64,000 nt of DNA, taken from Candidatus Eremiobacteria bacterium (GTDB taxonomy: Bacteria; Vulcanimicrobiota; Vulcanimicrobiia; Vulcanimicrobiales; Vulcanimicrobiaceae). A model generated the notes under the pieces. That model did no database searches and had not been told where the DNA came from. It worked only from the letters and a program-made list of their open reading frames with translations. The DNA lies in NCBI GenBank assembly GCA_963737065.1, contig CAVTRC010000001.1, forward strand, positions 2,400,001-2,464,000. Direction: 5' to 3'. This document shows, piece after piece, positions 9,601-21,660 of the stretch (within the stretch, counting starts at the first letter, position 1; each line of letters opens with the position of its first letter). The translations under genes and the position numbers were made by a program.

Positions 9601-10113
9601 GTGTCTGCGTTCACGGACAAGTTCGAGCAAACGTTGGACGCGATCGCTCACGACGGGCAGTTTCCCGGGGTCGAGGTCGTCGCGCATTCGGCGCATGTCC
9701 GCCGCGGCATGACGACGCTCAGCGTCACGATCGACAAAGAGGGCGGCGTCGATCTAGCGACGTGCGAGCGAATTGCATCGCGAATCAACGACGCGCTCGA
9801 TGAATTCGAGGATCCGTACTCGCTCGAGGTCGAGTCGGCCGGCCTCGAACGCCCGCTCGTGCGTCCGCACGATTACGAGCGCTTCGCGGGGAAACGCGCG
9901 CGTATCGTAACGTCTTTAACGATCAACGGCGGCAAAACACATCGCGGTACGCTCGTCGGGCTGCGAGGCGAAACCGTGATTCTCGCAACGGAACATGGCG
10001 AACTGCCGCTTCCGATAGCGACGATCAAATCGGCAAACTTGGAATACGATCCGCGCGCGGATCTTACTCGCGACAAACGTGAACGGAAGACACATGGCAG
10101 AACCGGTAGCTGA
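9601..10113 (+). CDS. rimP: Ribosome maturation factor RimP
   Basis: IDKEGGV..C..I, YSLEVESAGLERPL; precedes nusA. Confidence 0.95.
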   Translation: MSAFTDKFEQTLDAIAHDGQFPGVEVVAHSAHVRRGMTTLSVTIDKEGGVDLATCERIASRINDALDEFEDPYSLEVESAGLERPLVRPHDYERFAGKRARIVTSLTINGGKTHRGTLVGLRGETVILATEHGELPLPIATIKSANLEYDPRADLTRDKRERKTHGRTGS

Positions 10114-11314
10114 CGAAAAACTACTCGACGTTTTACAGTTTATCTCGAAAGAACGCAACATTCCGTTCGAGATGCTGCTCGAAGCGCTCGAAGCTGCGCT
10201 GTTGACCGCATACAAACGTCATTACGGCAGCGAAGCCAATGCGATCGTAATGGTCGATCGGCAGACCGGCGAATACCGTGTCTTCCATCGTCGCACGGTC
10301 GTGGAAACCGTCGAAGATCCGAAGTTGGAGATCGAGGTCAAGAAGGCCGGCGGCCCGTATCAGCCGGGCGATTTCTACGATGAAGAAGTGACGCCGAAAG
10401 AGTTCGGCCGCATCGCTGCGCAAACGGCGAAGCAGGTCATCGTGCAGCGCATTCGCGAGGCCGAGCGTGATACGGTCTACAACAAGTATGCGCGCAAGCT
10501 CAATGATCTCGTCACCGGAACCGTGCAAAGGTACGAACAACGCAACATGTACGTGCTGCTCGAAGGACGCGACGAAGCGATTCTGCCGCTCTCCGAACAG
10601 GTGCCCGGCGAAGCATTCCGTATCAACGATTTCATTCGCGCGTACGTACTCGACGTACGCAAGTCGCCGAAAGGACCGCAAGTCGTCCTCTCGCGCTCGG
10701 CTGAGGGTTTGGTGCAGCGTTTGCTCGAGCTCGAAGTCCCCGAAATCGCCGACGGCGTCGTCGAAATCATGGCGATTGCGCGTGAAGCCGGAAACCGTTC
10801 AAAGGTTGCCGTGCGATCGCTGCGCGCGGAAGTCGATCCGATCGGCGCGTGCCTCGGGCCGAAGTCGTCCCGCATCGCTAATGTTTCCGATAATCTACGC
10901 GGCGAAAAGATTGACGTCATTCGCTTTGACGCCGATCCGCAAGCGTTCATCATGAATGCGCTTGCGCCGGCCAAAGTCATCACCGTCGAACTCTTCGAAG
11001 ACGACGGCGTTGCACTCGTCGTTGTTCCCGATTATCAACTGTCGCTTGCGATCGGACGCGATGGTCAAAACGTTCGTCTTGCGGCGCGATTGACGGGTTG
11101 GCGTCTCGACATCGCGAGCGAAAGCGAAGCCGATGAGGCGCGCGAACGGTATCTCGCCGAGCGCGCGGAGCGAACCGGCATCGATGAAGCACCACCGGTC
11201 GCCGAAGTAGCAGAACCGGAACAAGAAATCGAAGCGCCCGCTGCCGGTGTCGATGAGGAACTGATCCGTAAGCTCGAGGAGTTCCGTCGCGAACGACTCG
11301 GCGGTGGAGAATAA
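10094..11314 (+). CDS. nusA: Transcription termination/antitermination factor NusA
   Basis: FGRIAAQTAKQVI, S1 and KH domains, LSLAIGRDGQNVRLA. Confidence 0.98.
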   Translation: MAEPVADEKLLDVLQFISKERNIPFEMLLEALEAALLTAYKRHYGSEANAIVMVDRQTGEYRVFHRRTVVETVEDPKLEIEVKKAGGPYQPGDFYDEEVTPKEFGRIAAQTAKQVIVQRIREAERDTVYNKYARKLNDLVTGTVQRYEQRNMYVLLEGRDEAILPLSEQVPGEAFRINDFIRAYVLDVRKSPKGPQVVLSRSAEGLVQRLLELEVPEIADGVVEIMAIAREAGNRSKVAVRSLRAEVDPIGACLGPKSSRIANVSDNLRGEKIDVIRFDADPQAFIMNALAPAKVITVELFEDDGVALVVVPDYQLSLAIGRDGQNVRLAARLTGWRLDIASESEADEARERYLAERAERTGIDEAPPVAEVAEPEQEIEAPAAGVDEELIRKLEEFRRERLGGGE

Positions 11315-11636
11315 GGGGAACGCAGTCGGAGCAGCGTCAAACAAACGGCGTCCGCGGCACGCGGAGCGCGGTGCGAAATATCCGATCCGCACGTGTGTCG
11401 GGTGCCGCCACACGCGGCCGCAAAATGAAATGACGCGATTCGTGCGCGCGGAAAATCGTTGGGTTCGCGATGCGGGAATGAAAGCACGGCAGCCCGGCAG
11501 GGGAGCGTACCTCTGCTCCACCGCGTGCATCAAGTCGGTCGTAAAGAATCGCCGGTACCCGGGGCTTGCATCCGCAGCGGAAGAATATGGTTTAATAAGT
11601 AGTTCGGAATCAATGATGGACAACAATGTTCGGTAA
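11304..11636 (+). CDS. ylxR: YlxR/DUF448 family RNA-binding protein (start uncertain)
   Basis: PIRTCVGCR and GRGAYLC motifs; lies between nusA and infB. Confidence 0.85.
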   Translation: MENKGNAVGAASNKRRPRHAERGAKYPIRTCVGCRHTRPQNEMTRFVRAENRWVRDAGMKARQPGRGAYLCSTACIKSVVKNRRYPGLASAAEEYGLISSSESMMDNNVR

Positions 11637-11871
11637 CGACGATGCGCTCTAGAGGATTCGGGCTACGCCCGAATCCGTCACGGTCCGCTTTCGGCGGATC
11701 CGTCGCCCGTTGGGCGAGGGCGGCTCTGTGACGACTTAGCGGGACCCGAAGCGGCTCACACCGTTTGGGGGCCCGCGTTGATAAACGCGGGAGCGCGCGC
11801 AGCGGCGAAAACCGCTGAGGTGCTCTCAAACTGGTGGGGCGCCGATGTGGGCGTGCCCACATTGGGGTTAA

Positions 11872-14700
11872 ATGACAACTTCGACCGGTAAGGTACGTAT
11901 TTTCGAGCTCGCCAAAGAGGTTGGGCTCACGTCGAAAGAACTCATCGCCCTCTTCAACGACCGCCTGGGCGGTGTGTTCGAGGCGAAAAATCAGCTGAGC
12001 GTGGTCCCGGATCAGATCGCAGACCTGGTTCGCAGTGTCCTCAAGCCCGCCCCGGGTGCAAAGCCGGCGGCGAACAAAGAGGCCGTCGCCGCGTCCGCCG
12101 CTCCCGCTGCCGCGCCGCCCAAACCGCCCGTCGACGGCGGTTCCGCACCGCCCGCCGCGGCGAAGTCCGCCGCCCCCGCGGAACCGGTCGCGCGTCTCAA
12201 ACCGGTCTCCCCGACATCGACGCGCGCCGTCCAACCGAAACCCGCGGCGCGGCCAGCGGCTCAGCCCGCCGTGTCCGCAGCGCCGCCGGAGCCGTTGAAA
12301 ACAGCTCCGCTAGAACCGGCGCCGCCGGCGCCGCAGGCACCCGCAGCAGCGGCGACCCCGCGCCCGGATGCTGCGACCCCGCTTCCCGAAACGGCACAAC
12401 CACGTCTTCCGGCACCCGCGCGACCGGCAGCTGTAAAGCCGCCGGCAACGCCTGAAGTGCCGATCCCGCGGCTTCAGCCCGTTCCGCACGGACAATCCTC
12501 GATTCAGCGCCGTCCGCCGCCGCCGACCACGACCGCGTCTGCGTCACCCGGGCCGTCGACCGGCATGCCCGGCCGCCCCGGCGTTGCTCCGCGCCCGGGT
12601 CAAGCGCTGCCCGGCCAGGGCGGAAAAGGTCCGCTACAACCCGGAGGGCAGCGGGGTAACGGTCCGCTCACGCCTCCGGCACAGCGCCGTCCCGCGGGCA
12701 ACGGTCCCTTCCGTCCGATGGGTCCGGCCGGTCCGCGCCCGATGGGTCCGCGCCCCGGCATGCCGTCGAGTGCGACGGAGGCTCCCGCGCCGTCCACGGG
12801 CGGGCGTCCCGGCGACCGTCCGCGCAGCCATGAAGATAAGGCGGCCGCGAAAAAGGACCGCGAAAAGGAACTTTTGCTCGAGAAAGAGCGTCAGCGTAAG
12901 AAGAAGGGCGGCGATCACGCCGCCGCTGCGCCGCCGCGTCAACTCGAGACGATCGAAATCCCCGACTTGCTGACGGTGCAAGAGCTGGCAACGTCGATGA
13001 TCGTTCCGGTCAAAGACGTCATCACCGAGTTGATCAAGACCGGTACGATGGCGACGATCAACCAGAACATTCCGAGCGACGTTGCAATCAGCGTTGCGAA
13101 GAAATTCGGCTTCAATGCGGTCGTTAAAGAAGCCGGCGAAGAAGTCACCGTCGAGCAAGAAGAGGACAAACCCGAAATGATGACCGCGCGCCCGCCGGTC
13201 GTCACGGTGCTCGGTCACGTCGACCACGGGAAGACGTCGCTGCTCGACAAGATTCGAAGTGCCAATGTCGCCGCCGGCGAAGCGGGCGGCATCACGCAGA
13301 AGATCGGTGCGTACACCGTGGAGCGCAACGATCGCAAGATCACGTTCATCGATACGCCGGGTCATGAAGCGTTCACCGCAATGCGCGCGCGCGGCGCGAA
13401 AGTCACCGACGTCGCAATCCTCGTGGTTGCGGCCGACGACGGCGTTATGCCGCAGACGAGAGAAGCGATCGCGCACGTCAAAGCGGCGAACGTTCCGATC
13501 GTCGTCGCGATCAATAAGATGGACAAAGCCGACGCCCAGCCGGATCGCGTGAAGCAACAGCTCTCGGAGAACGGTCTTCAGCCGGTCGATTGGGGCGGTG
13601 CGATCGAAATGGTCCCCGTCTCTGCAAGGACCGGCGACAACATCGAGGGCCTCCTCGACACCGTATTGCTCGAAGCCGACATCAAGGAGCTCAAGGCGAA
13701 CAAGACTCGCCGCGCGTCCGGTGTCGTGATCGAATCGCAACTCTCACGTGGACGCGGCGCGGTTGCGACGGTGCTCGTGCAAAATGGAACGTTGCGTGTT
13801 GGCGACATCGTCGTCGTCGGCGGTACGTTTGGTAAAGTGCGCGCGCTGATCGACGACAAAGGTAAGCAAGTGAAAAAAGCCGGACCGTCGATTCCGGTCG
13901 AAGTCATGGGCTTGCAAGACGTTCCGGCGGCAGGCGACACATTATTGGTCGTCAGCGACGAACGCGTCGCGCGTGAAACCGCCGAGAAGCGCGCGGTGCG
14001 CCGTCGCGACGTCCGCATCCAAGGCGGCCCGCAACGCGTTTCACTCGAGACGTTCATGCAGATGCCGGCCGAAGGCAAGAAGACGTTGAATCTGATCATC
14101 AAAGCGGACGGTCAAGGTTCGCTCGAGGCGCTGCGCGCGCGAATGGAGTCGCTCTCGACGGACGAAGTGGACGTTCGCGTCATTCACGGCGGCGTCGGCG
14201 CGATCTCGCCGAACGACGTGAACCTCGCAAGCGCGTCCGGCGGCGTCCTCATCGGCTTCAACATTCGTCCCGATGAAACGGCGAAGCGTTTGGCCGAGAA
14301 CGAAGGCGTCGATTTGCGCTTCTATCAGGTCATCTACGAGATCGAAGAAGACCTGAAGAAGGCGATGACGGGCATGCTCGCACCGGTCGAACGTGAGGTA
14401 ACGCTCGGTCACGCGGAAGTACGCGAAGTCTTCAAAGTCTCGAAGGTTGGAACGATCGTCGGCTGTTACGTCAAAGACGGCAAGATCGCGCGCAACGGCA
14501 AAGTTCGCGTGCTCCGCGATGCCGCCGTCGTTTTCACGGGCGAACTGGAATCGCTGCGTCGTTTCAAAGACGACGTGCGCGAAGTCGCTGAAGGCTTCGA
14601 GTGCGGTATCCAAGTTGCGCGCTTCCAAGACCTCAAGCCCGGCGACGTCATCGAGGCATACCAAACCGAACACATCGCTGCCGAACTGGTGCGAGCGTGA
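11872..14700 (+). CDS. infB: Translation initiation factor IF-2
   Basis: [11 protein letters not shown]-terminus, [26 protein letters not shown]. Long Pro-rich N-terminal linker. Confidence 0.99.
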   Translation: MTTSTGKVRIFELAKEVGLTSKELIALFNDRLGGVFEAKNQLSVVPDQIADLVRSVLKPAPGAKPAANKEAVAASAAPAAAPPKPPVDGGSAPPAAAKSAAPAEPVARLKPVSPTSTRAVQPKPAARPAAQPAVSAAPPEPLKTAPLEPAPPAPQAPAAAATPRPDAATPLPETAQPRLPAPARPAAVKPPATPEVPIPRLQPVPHGQSSIQRRPPPPTTTASASPGPSTGMPGRPGVAPRPGQALPGQGGKGPLQPGGQRGNGPLTPPAQRRPAGNGPFRPMGPAGPRPMGPRPGMPSSATEAPAPSTGGRPGDRPRSHEDKAAAKKDREKELLLEKERQRKKKGGDHAAAAPPRQLETIEIPDLLTVQELATSMIVPVKDVITELIKTGTMATINQNIPSDVAISVAKKFGFNAVVKEAGEEVTVEQEEDKPEMMTARPPVVTVLGHVDHGKTSLLDKIRSANVAAGEAGGITQKIGAYTVERNDRKITFIDTPGHEAFTAMRARGAKVTDVAILVVAADDGVMPQTREAIAHVKAANVPIVVAINKMDKADAQPDRVKQQLSENGLQPVDWGGAIEMVPVSARTGDNIEGLLDTVLLEADIKELKANKTRRASGVVIESQLSRGRGAVATVLVQNGTLRVGDIVVVGGTFGKVRALIDDKGKQVKKAGPSIPVEVMGLQDVPAAGDTLLVVSDERVARETAEKRAVRRRDVRIQGGPQRVSLETFMQMPAEGKKTLNLIIKADGQGSLEALRARMESLSTDEVDVRVIHGGVGAISPNDVNLASASGGVLIGFNIRPDETAKRLAENEGVDLRFYQVIYEIEEDLKKAMTGMLAPVEREVTLGHAEVREVFKVSKVGTIVGCYVKDGKIARNGKVRVLRDAAVVFTGELESLRRFKDDVREVAEGFECGIQVARFQDLKPGDVIEAYQTEHIAAELVRA

Positions 14701-14745
14701 TGAAGTCCCGGTACACCACTGCACGCGCCGAGCCGTTTGTTTGGC

Positions 14746-14875
14746 GCGCCCTCGGGGAGTCTTTTGCGGACCAAACTCGTGAGCGCGCCATAGTTCGGGG
14801 ACGCCACGCGACGCGTGGGGGGCGCCCTTCGACAGAGCTCAGGGCAGGCTCCGGCCGGGCCGGAGCGCCTTCAAA
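14746..14875 (+). repeat. Palindromic intergenic repeat, copy A (diverged), with embedded CCCTTCGACAGAGCTCAGGG element
   Basis: Shares GCCCT.GGGGAGTCT, CCACG..GTGGGGGGCGC and CGGAGCGCCTTCAAA with copies at 21661-21884. Confidence 0.75.
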
Positions 14876-15244
14876 GTGAAATCGCAGCGCTTGGCGCGGA
14901 TCGATCACGAGATTCAGCGGATTCTCAGTACGTTGATCACGCAGCAACTTCGGGATCCGCGGCTTGGGTTTGTGACGGTTACGCGCGCGGAAGTTACGGA
15001 CGATCTTCGGCATTGCAAGGTGTTTGTGTCGATTATCGGCGATCGTCATCAGGCACGTCAGTCACTTGATGCATTGAAGAATGCATCGAAGTTTCTTCGC
15101 GGCGAGCTCGGGCATCAGATCGATTTGCGCCATACGCCCGAATTGATCTTCGTCGAGGACCGGTCGACGGAACGGGCGATCTCGCTTGCGAAGACGCTTC
15201 GCGAAGATATGGAACGGCGTACCGGGACGGAGGATCACGAATGA
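14876..15244 (+). CDS. rbfA: Ribosome-binding factor A
   Basis: LRDPRLGFVTVTRAEVTDDL, LRHTPELIFVED. Confidence 0.96.
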   Translation: MKSQRLARIDHEIQRILSTLITQQLRDPRLGFVTVTRAEVTDDLRHCKVFVSIIGDRHQARQSLDALKNASKFLRGELGHQIDLRHTPELIFVEDRSTERAISLAKTLREDMERRTGTEDHE

Positions 15245-16221
15245 TCGACAGCGAGCTGCGCAATTCTTCGACTGCGGAAGTGGTCGCGGAATTGCAGCGT
15301 CGCCCGGCGTTCGTCATGGTGAGCCACATCAAGCCCGACGGCGATACGCTCGGCGCCGGTCTTGCGCTCGGCATTGCGCTCAAACGCTTCGGTAAGCGGG
15401 TGTACTATTTCCAGCAAGATCCCGTTCCGCGCAACTTGCGCTTTCTTCCCGATGCGCAATTCGTCTCACGCGACGTCCCGCGCGATTTACCGCCGGACAC
15501 GCTTTACGTCTTTTGCGACATGAGCGATTTTACTCGCGCGGGCGAGTATCTGCCGAAGATCGCGCGTGAAAACATGCTCGACATCGATCATCATCTCGGC
15601 AACTCGCACTTCGGCGCATTCAATTACGTCATTCCGACGGAATGCTCGACCGGCACAACGGTCATGCATCTGCTGCGCGAGCTCGACGTCGAGATCGATC
15701 GCCCGATCGCGACGTGCATTCTCACGACGATCATGACCGATACCGGCGGGTTCATGCATTCCAACACGACGCCCGAAGTGCTCGAACTCTCCGCGCAGCT
15801 CATTCACGCCGGTGCTGATAAAGAAGAGATCACCGAGGAGATCTTTGCCAACAAGCGCATTGCGGCGACGCGTCTACTCGGGCGAGTCATCGATGCAATG
15901 GTGTTCGCCCATGACGGCCGGTATTGTTACTCGTACGTCGACGACGCAATGCTGCGTGAAACCGGCGCGGACGGCGAGGACACGGAAGACGTCGTGAACG
16001 TGCTTCGCTCGCAAGAGAACGTCGAAGTGGCCGCGCTCTTCAAAGCGTATGACCGCGAACTGCGCGTGAGCCTGCGTTCGAACGGGCGCGTGAACGTGCA
16101 GGCCGCCGCATCGCGCTTGGGCGGCGGGGGACATTTTCGTGCATCGGGCCTGACGTTCGAGGGTTCGTTGCCCGACGCGTTCCGCGCGGTCGATGGCGCG
16201 CTCGTAGCCGAAGGTCTGTGA
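15241..16221 (+). CDS. nrnA: DHH/DHHA1 phosphoesterase (NrnA-type oligoribonuclease/pAp phosphatase)
   Basis: H..PDGD, IDHH, TDTGGF, VSLRS, GGGGH..ASG. Confidence 0.92.
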   Translation: MIDSELRNSSTAEVVAELQRRPAFVMVSHIKPDGDTLGAGLALGIALKRFGKRVYYFQQDPVPRNLRFLPDAQFVSRDVPRDLPPDTLYVFCDMSDFTRAGEYLPKIARENMLDIDHHLGNSHFGAFNYVIPTECSTGTTVMHLLRELDVEIDRPIATCILTTIMTDTGGFMHSNTTPEVLELSAQLIHAGADKEEITEEIFANKRIAATRLLGRVIDAMVFAHDGRYCYSYVDDAMLRETGADGEDTEDVVNVLRSQENVEVAALFKAYDRELRVSLRSNGRVNVQAAASRLGGGGHFRASGLTFEGSLPDAFRAVDGALVAEGL

Positions 16222-16475
16222 GTATCGCCGCAGGCGTCTTTCTTTTCATCTTCGGTGGGCTCGGAACGTGGCTGCTCTTTACCCGCTATCCGAACGCGCA
16301 CTACACGCGCGCGTCATACGTGTTCATGGGAATCGGCGGACTCGTCTTCGTGGCGTGGACGCTCTCGCATCTGATCGGCATCGGCGTCGCGGGCGTTGCG
16401 CTCTTGGTGATGGGTGGCATTTGCGGCGTGATCGGATGGATGCGTAAGGAGATGCGCGTCTTTCCGAATTTGTGA
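16218..16475 (+). CDS. Small membrane protein (3 TM)
   Basis: 85-aa hydrophobic ORF, overlapping the nrnA stop (GTGA) and ending 10 bp before truB. Confidence 0.7.
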   Translation: MSIAAGVFLFIFGGLGTWLLFTRYPNAHYTRASYVFMGIGGLVFVAWTLSHLIGIGVAGVALLVMGGICGVIGWMRKEMRVFPNL

Positions 16476-16485
16476 GCGTTTCCGA

Positions 16486-17390
16486 GTGATCGGCTTCATC
16501 AACGTTTTCAAGCCGGCCGGTCCAACGTCCGCACAGATCGTTGCACGCGTGCGACGCATCTACGGCGTGTATGCTCGCGATCGCCGCATCGCGGTGGGCC
16601 ACCTCGGCACGCTGGATCCGCAAGCGGCGGGCGTTCTTCCGATCGCCGTTGGAAAGGCGACGCGCCTCATACCGCTGCTGACCGATCAGCGTAAACAGTA
16701 TGCAGCAACGCTCGTGCTGGGCCGTTCGACCACCACGCAAGACGCGCTCGGCGAAACCGTTGCTTCTGCAGAAGTGCCCGATGAGTGGCGTGCGCGCCTA
16801 GAAGCCGTGCTTCCGCGCTTCGCCGGTAAGATTGCGCAAACGCCGCCGATGTTTTCCGCGGTTCACCATAACGGAAAGCGTTTGTACGAACTCGCTCGCG
16901 AAGGAAAAACCGATCGAACGAAAGTCACGTACGGTGATCGTGTACGGGATCTCGCTGCTCGGAATTGAGCTGCAATCGACTGGCTCGGGCCGAAGCTATT
17001 GCGCGCATCCGTATTGCGTGCGGCGAAGGGACGTACGTGCGCACCCTGTGCGAAGACATCGGCGCGGCAATCGGTGTCCCATCGCACATGGGCGCGCTGG
17101 TCCGCGAGGGCTCCGGCCCGTTCATACTGTACGAAGCGCGCACGCTCGATGAAGTGGCGAACGATCCCCAAGGTGCGATGATTGCACCCGAACATATCAT
17201 CCCGTTTCCAACGATCGTCCTCGATCTGCGCAGCTCCGCCGATTTCCGTGCCGGACGCATCGTCGCGCTTCCCCACGGCGCGCCCGCGCAACAAGTTTTC
17301 GTACGCGATCATTCGCGGACGCTCGTCGGGGTGGGGGAGGCTCACGGCGCGATGCTCGCGCCGCGCAAGGTATTTGTATCCAGTGATTAA
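16486..17390 (+). CDS. truB: tRNA pseudouridine(55) synthase TruB, broken by two single-base frameshifts (~16905-16909 and ~16987-16989)
   Basis: VGHLGTLDPQAAGVL and PPMFSAV in frame 1, EGKPIERKSRTV in frame 2, CGEGTYVRTL in frame 3. Confidence 0.9.
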
Positions 17391-17410
17391 CGGCCGTTTC
17401 TGCATCGCAC

Positions 17411-17466
17411 TAAGGGGTAATGCACCGCCTGGCATGGGGGCCCCACGTCGTGGGGGGGCGGGAGCT
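17411..17466 (+). repeat. Palindromic repeat, copy B (truncated; left flank of island)
   Basis: TAAGGGGTAATGCACCGCCTGGCATGGGGGCCCCACGTCGTGGGGGGGCGGGAGCT is nearly identical to 21690-21745. Confidence 0.9.
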
Positions 17467-17475
17467 AAGGCAATT

Positions 17476-17760
17476 TCAGGCCGGGGACAATTGTGAGGTA
17501 TGGTTGATTCTGAATCGATCGGCGAACTCCGTGGGCGTCTGCAGATCGAGGGCTGAGCGCGGTCGGATGTCATTGTAGTCCGCGCGCCAGGCGTCGGCTG
17601 ACCGGCGGGCTTCGAAGATGGTGGTAAATGAGTGCACGTTGAGCAGTTCGTCGCGGATCTCTCCGTTAGGCGATTCGATGTTCGCATTTTGCGTTGGCTT
17701 GCTGGGTGCGATGAAGTGCATTTGAATCGTCCGCTCCGGGCTCCAGCGCAGCATTGCGAG
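17476..17760 (-). pseudogene. IS3-family transposase, C-terminal (integrase core) remnant
   Basis: HFIAPSKPTQNANIES.NG.IRDELLN...W..DYN..RP.SAL...TP.EF. N-terminal part is missing. Confidence 0.85.
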
Positions 17761-18211
17761 GTGCCGCGCACGATCTGAAGTCCGAATCTGCGGTCCAGCG
17801 GCTCGTCCACGTTACCCTCCGCGGGCTGCGACGAGACGAAGCATTGCCGCGCTCCACCATAGTAGAAATCAGCGTGGCCGGCTTACTGTTCATCGTCATT
17901 TGCGCGCCTATGCCAAGCACTTGGATCGGCGGGTAAACTCGGCAGATGCCGTGACTGAGCGGAGCCGCGCGGTCGCGACGCCGTGCGGCCGCCCCGAAGC
18001 GACGGCGCGTAATGCGCTTCTTGCTGGCGGTCGGTTGCGCGCCCGCCCACAGTCGCCGCTGCTCCGAAGTTTTCGGATCGCCTGTACGCCCTGTGAGCAG
18101 GCGGGGCGAGCGATCAGCTCGCATGTCTATGGGGCGAGAAACCTGTTCGTCTTACTGTTGGAGGCCCAACTAGCCCTCCCCCTTTTGGTACAATCGGCGT
18201 ATGGTCGCTCC

Positions 18212-18829
18212 ATGAAGACGTCATTTGCAACTCTCGTCCAACGGCTTCGCCGACCCAAGCGCGGGCTCGATGAAGAACATCGCTTCCGTGAGCGCCATCC
18301 GGACGCCGTGATCGGGGACGATGTTCTCCTGCGTGGGTCAGATCGCATCTCCGCCGGAAAGCGCTTGTTCTTGGATCATCGTGCGTATCTTAATACCGGC
18401 ACGTTGAATGATGGACGGGGTTTTATCCGGATGGGTGACAATGTCGAAATCGGTCCATATGCAGTGCTTTGGGGCGCAGGCGGTATTTCGATTGGGAACA
18501 ACGTACATATTGGTGCGCATGTCAGTATAACAGCACACGAAGCTCTTCAAATCTCGCCGGATCGGACCGACGTGTTTGCGCCCCTTGAGTTCGAATTTGC
18601 GCCGGTATCGATCGAGGACCACGTCCTAATCTGCTCGGGGGTTCAGATCGTACCCGGAGTGACGATCGGCCATCACGCAATGGTCGGTGGCGGAGCGGTA
18701 GTCGTGAAAGATGTTCCACCGTACGCCCTCGTCGTTGGATGCCCGGCGCGAGTTATACGCTATAGCACAGTGAACGGCACCGCTTCAACGGAATCGCTTC
18801 GAACGTTTGACGTTGCCGAACGCAACTAA
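18212..18829 (+). CDS. Hexapeptide-repeat (left-handed beta-helix) O-acetyltransferase
   Basis: IGPYAVLWGAGGISIGNNVHIG, PGVTIGHHAMVGGGAVVVKDVPPYALVVGCPAR. Extended -10 TGGTACAAT upstream. Confidence 0.88.
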   Translation: MKTSFATLVQRLRRPKRGLDEEHRFRERHPDAVIGDDVLLRGSDRISAGKRLFLDHRAYLNTGTLNDGRGFIRMGDNVEIGPYAVLWGAGGISIGNNVHIGAHVSITAHEALQISPDRTDVFAPLEFEFAPVSIEDHVLICSGVQIVPGVTIGHHAMVGGGAVVVKDVPPYALVVGCPARVIRYSTVNGTASTESLRTFDVAERN

Positions 18830-19112
18830 CCATTTCCTCGAACATCGATCACCAGGCCCGTTCAACAATGCGGCGTTTGTTGGGGCGTGATTCGGACGGG
18901 TTTAGCGCGCTGTGTCCCGATGGCCATGGTTTGGAACAGCTGTCTAACGGCGAGATTCGCTGTTCAAGCCCGTGCCGGGAGAAGCCGATCCTGCAATTAA
19001 CGTGCCGGCAATAGCGCCCGTCGCACCTGCGACTTTTTGCAGCTCGAAGGAGCAAAATCATAGCATCCGACAGCGTGTAGCGTCGATGAGTGGGCTAGCA
19101 TAGCTGACTTCT

Positions 19113-19482
19113 TCAATCGCCGGATGAACCCGCTGCCATCGGCAAGAGTTCGTATGCTCCTTGCGTCACCACGCGTGCTCCCGGCTGCAATGCGGATGCC
19201 GCAATTGCTGTCCGGTCTCCCGATTGCAACTTGATCGTCACCGGCACCGCTTTGTACTTTCCGTCAGCTACGGCGACATACACCAATGGACTGCCGGTCT
19301 GGGGATCCTTGGCACTGCAGTACGGGCACGACAAATGCATCGCCCCTGTGCGTACCACAATTGGGGCCTTTGCCGCTGCGCCCGGCGTAAGGGCCGCATG
19401 ATCGGGCTGGATGCGAACAGTCATCGTCCGCGTTTCTTCACTCAAAGCCGGGCTTAGAACTTGCACTCTGCCTGATATTACG
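19113..19482 (-). pseudogene. Efflux RND periplasmic adaptor (CusB/MFP-like), 3' fragment truncated by IS481
   Basis: GRV..LSPAL.EETRTMTVR and L.PG.RVVTQGAYEL. The 5' part ends exactly at the IS481 left terminus. Confidence 0.7.
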
Positions 19483-20655
19483 TGCAATAGTCAGGATATG
19501 ATCGGACAGTTGGTGAATCTCACCGGGTCCACCTTCTGGGGAAACGATCATGAGCAACCAAGAGAAGAAAATCATCAAAGGTAAGGTTGGCCTTCTGAAC
19601 CTCGCCAAGCAATTGGGTAACGTTAGCGAGGCCTGCAAGGTCATGGGGTACAGCCGCGATACGTTCTATCGTATTCGCGATATGTACGAGACTGGCGGCG
19701 AGACGGCGCTGGTCGAAATCAGCCGACGAAAGCCGAACCTAAAGAACCGTATTGCAGCGGAGGTGGAAGAGGCAATCGTTACGCTTGCGATCGAGCAGCC
19801 GGCGTACGGGCAGGTCCGCGTTGCGAACGAATTGCGTAAGCGCGGCATGACGGTTTCGCCCGCCGGCGTTCGCTGCATCTGGCAACGGCACGATCTTGAA
19901 ACGACAAAAAAGCGGCTGAAGGCGCTGGAAGCCAAGAGCGCCCAAGAAGGGCTCGTGTTGACCGAATCGCAGCTCGCGGCGCTTGAAAAGGCGCAGCTCG
20001 ACAAAGAAGCGCACGGGGAATTCGAAAGTGAGTGCCCCGGATATTGCGGTGCGCAAGATACGTTTTACGTCGGCACGCTTAAAGGCGTGGGACGCGTCTA
20101 CCAGCAGACGTTCCTGGATACCTATACGAAGGTCGCGTTCGCCAAGCTCTATAGCGATAAGACGCCGGTTACGGCTGCCGATCTTCTCAACGATCGCGTG
20201 CTGCCGTTCTTTGAAGAGTACGACTTGCGCCTCGTCCGCGTGCTTACCGATCGCGGAACGGAGTTCAATGGCGACCCGCAAAAGCATCCGTACCAACTCT
20301 ATCTGGCAATCGAAGACATCGATCATACACGCACGAAGGTGAAGAGCCCACAGACCAACGGCATCGTCGAACGCTTCCACAAGACGATTCTCAACGAATT
20401 CTACCGTATTGCTTTCCGCAAGAAGATCTACGAAAGCATCGAAGCCTTGCAGGCCGACCTCGACGCCTGGGTTCGGAGTTATAACACCGAGCGACCACAC
20501 CAAGGACGCTGGTGCTACGGAAAGACACCGATGCAAACGTTCATTGACAGCATCGAACTCGCGAAAGAAAAGCTTATCGCATAATCAGGCAGCTACGATA
20601 TCACTGACAACCCGGTAAGATTCGTCGGCTGTCCGATCATATACTGGCTTGTACA
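19483..20655 (+). mobile_element. IS481-family insertion sequence
   Basis: Imperfect terminal inverted repeats: TGCAATAGTCAGGATATGATCGGACAG on the left versus the reverse complement of the right end, TGTACAAGCCAGTATATGATCGGACAG. They enclose an intact transposase. Confidence 0.9.
19550..20584 (+). CDS. IS481-family transposase
   Basis: [25 protein letters not shown] core QDTFYVG / TDRGTEF / [17 protein letters not shown]. Confidence 0.95.
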   Translation: MSNQEKKIIKGKVGLLNLAKQLGNVSEACKVMGYSRDTFYRIRDMYETGGETALVEISRRKPNLKNRIAAEVEEAIVTLAIEQPAYGQVRVANELRKRGMTVSPAGVRCIWQRHDLETTKKRLKALEAKSAQEGLVLTESQLAALEKAQLDKEAHGEFESECPGYCGAQDTFYVGTLKGVGRVYQQTFLDTYTKVAFAKLYSDKTPVTAADLLNDRVLPFFEEYDLRLVRVLTDRGTEFNGDPQKHPYQLYLAIEDIDHTRTKVKSPQTNGIVERFHKTILNEFYRIAFRKKIYESIEALQADLDAWVRSYNTERPHQGRWCYGKTPMQTFIDSIELAKEKLIA

Positions 20656-20656
20656 C

Positions 20657-21633
<977 letters not shown>

Positions 21634-21660
21634 CCGGCGCTAACAATGAGGATTACTGGA

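Noticed and set aside
16895..16995. Programmed frameshifting in truB
   Set aside because: Two separate shifts would be needed, both at homopolymers. The same indel pattern occurs in unrelated genes, so sequencing error is more parsimonious.
17900..18211. N-terminal extension of the acetyltransferase ORF
   Set aside because: The sequence is Arg-rich with no motif, and a -10 element lies inside it just before ATG 18212.
18830..19112. Non-coding stretch in the island as an IS110 left end or other RNA
   Set aside because: It is separated from the IS110 gene by an unrelated gene fragment, and only weak short palindromes are visible.
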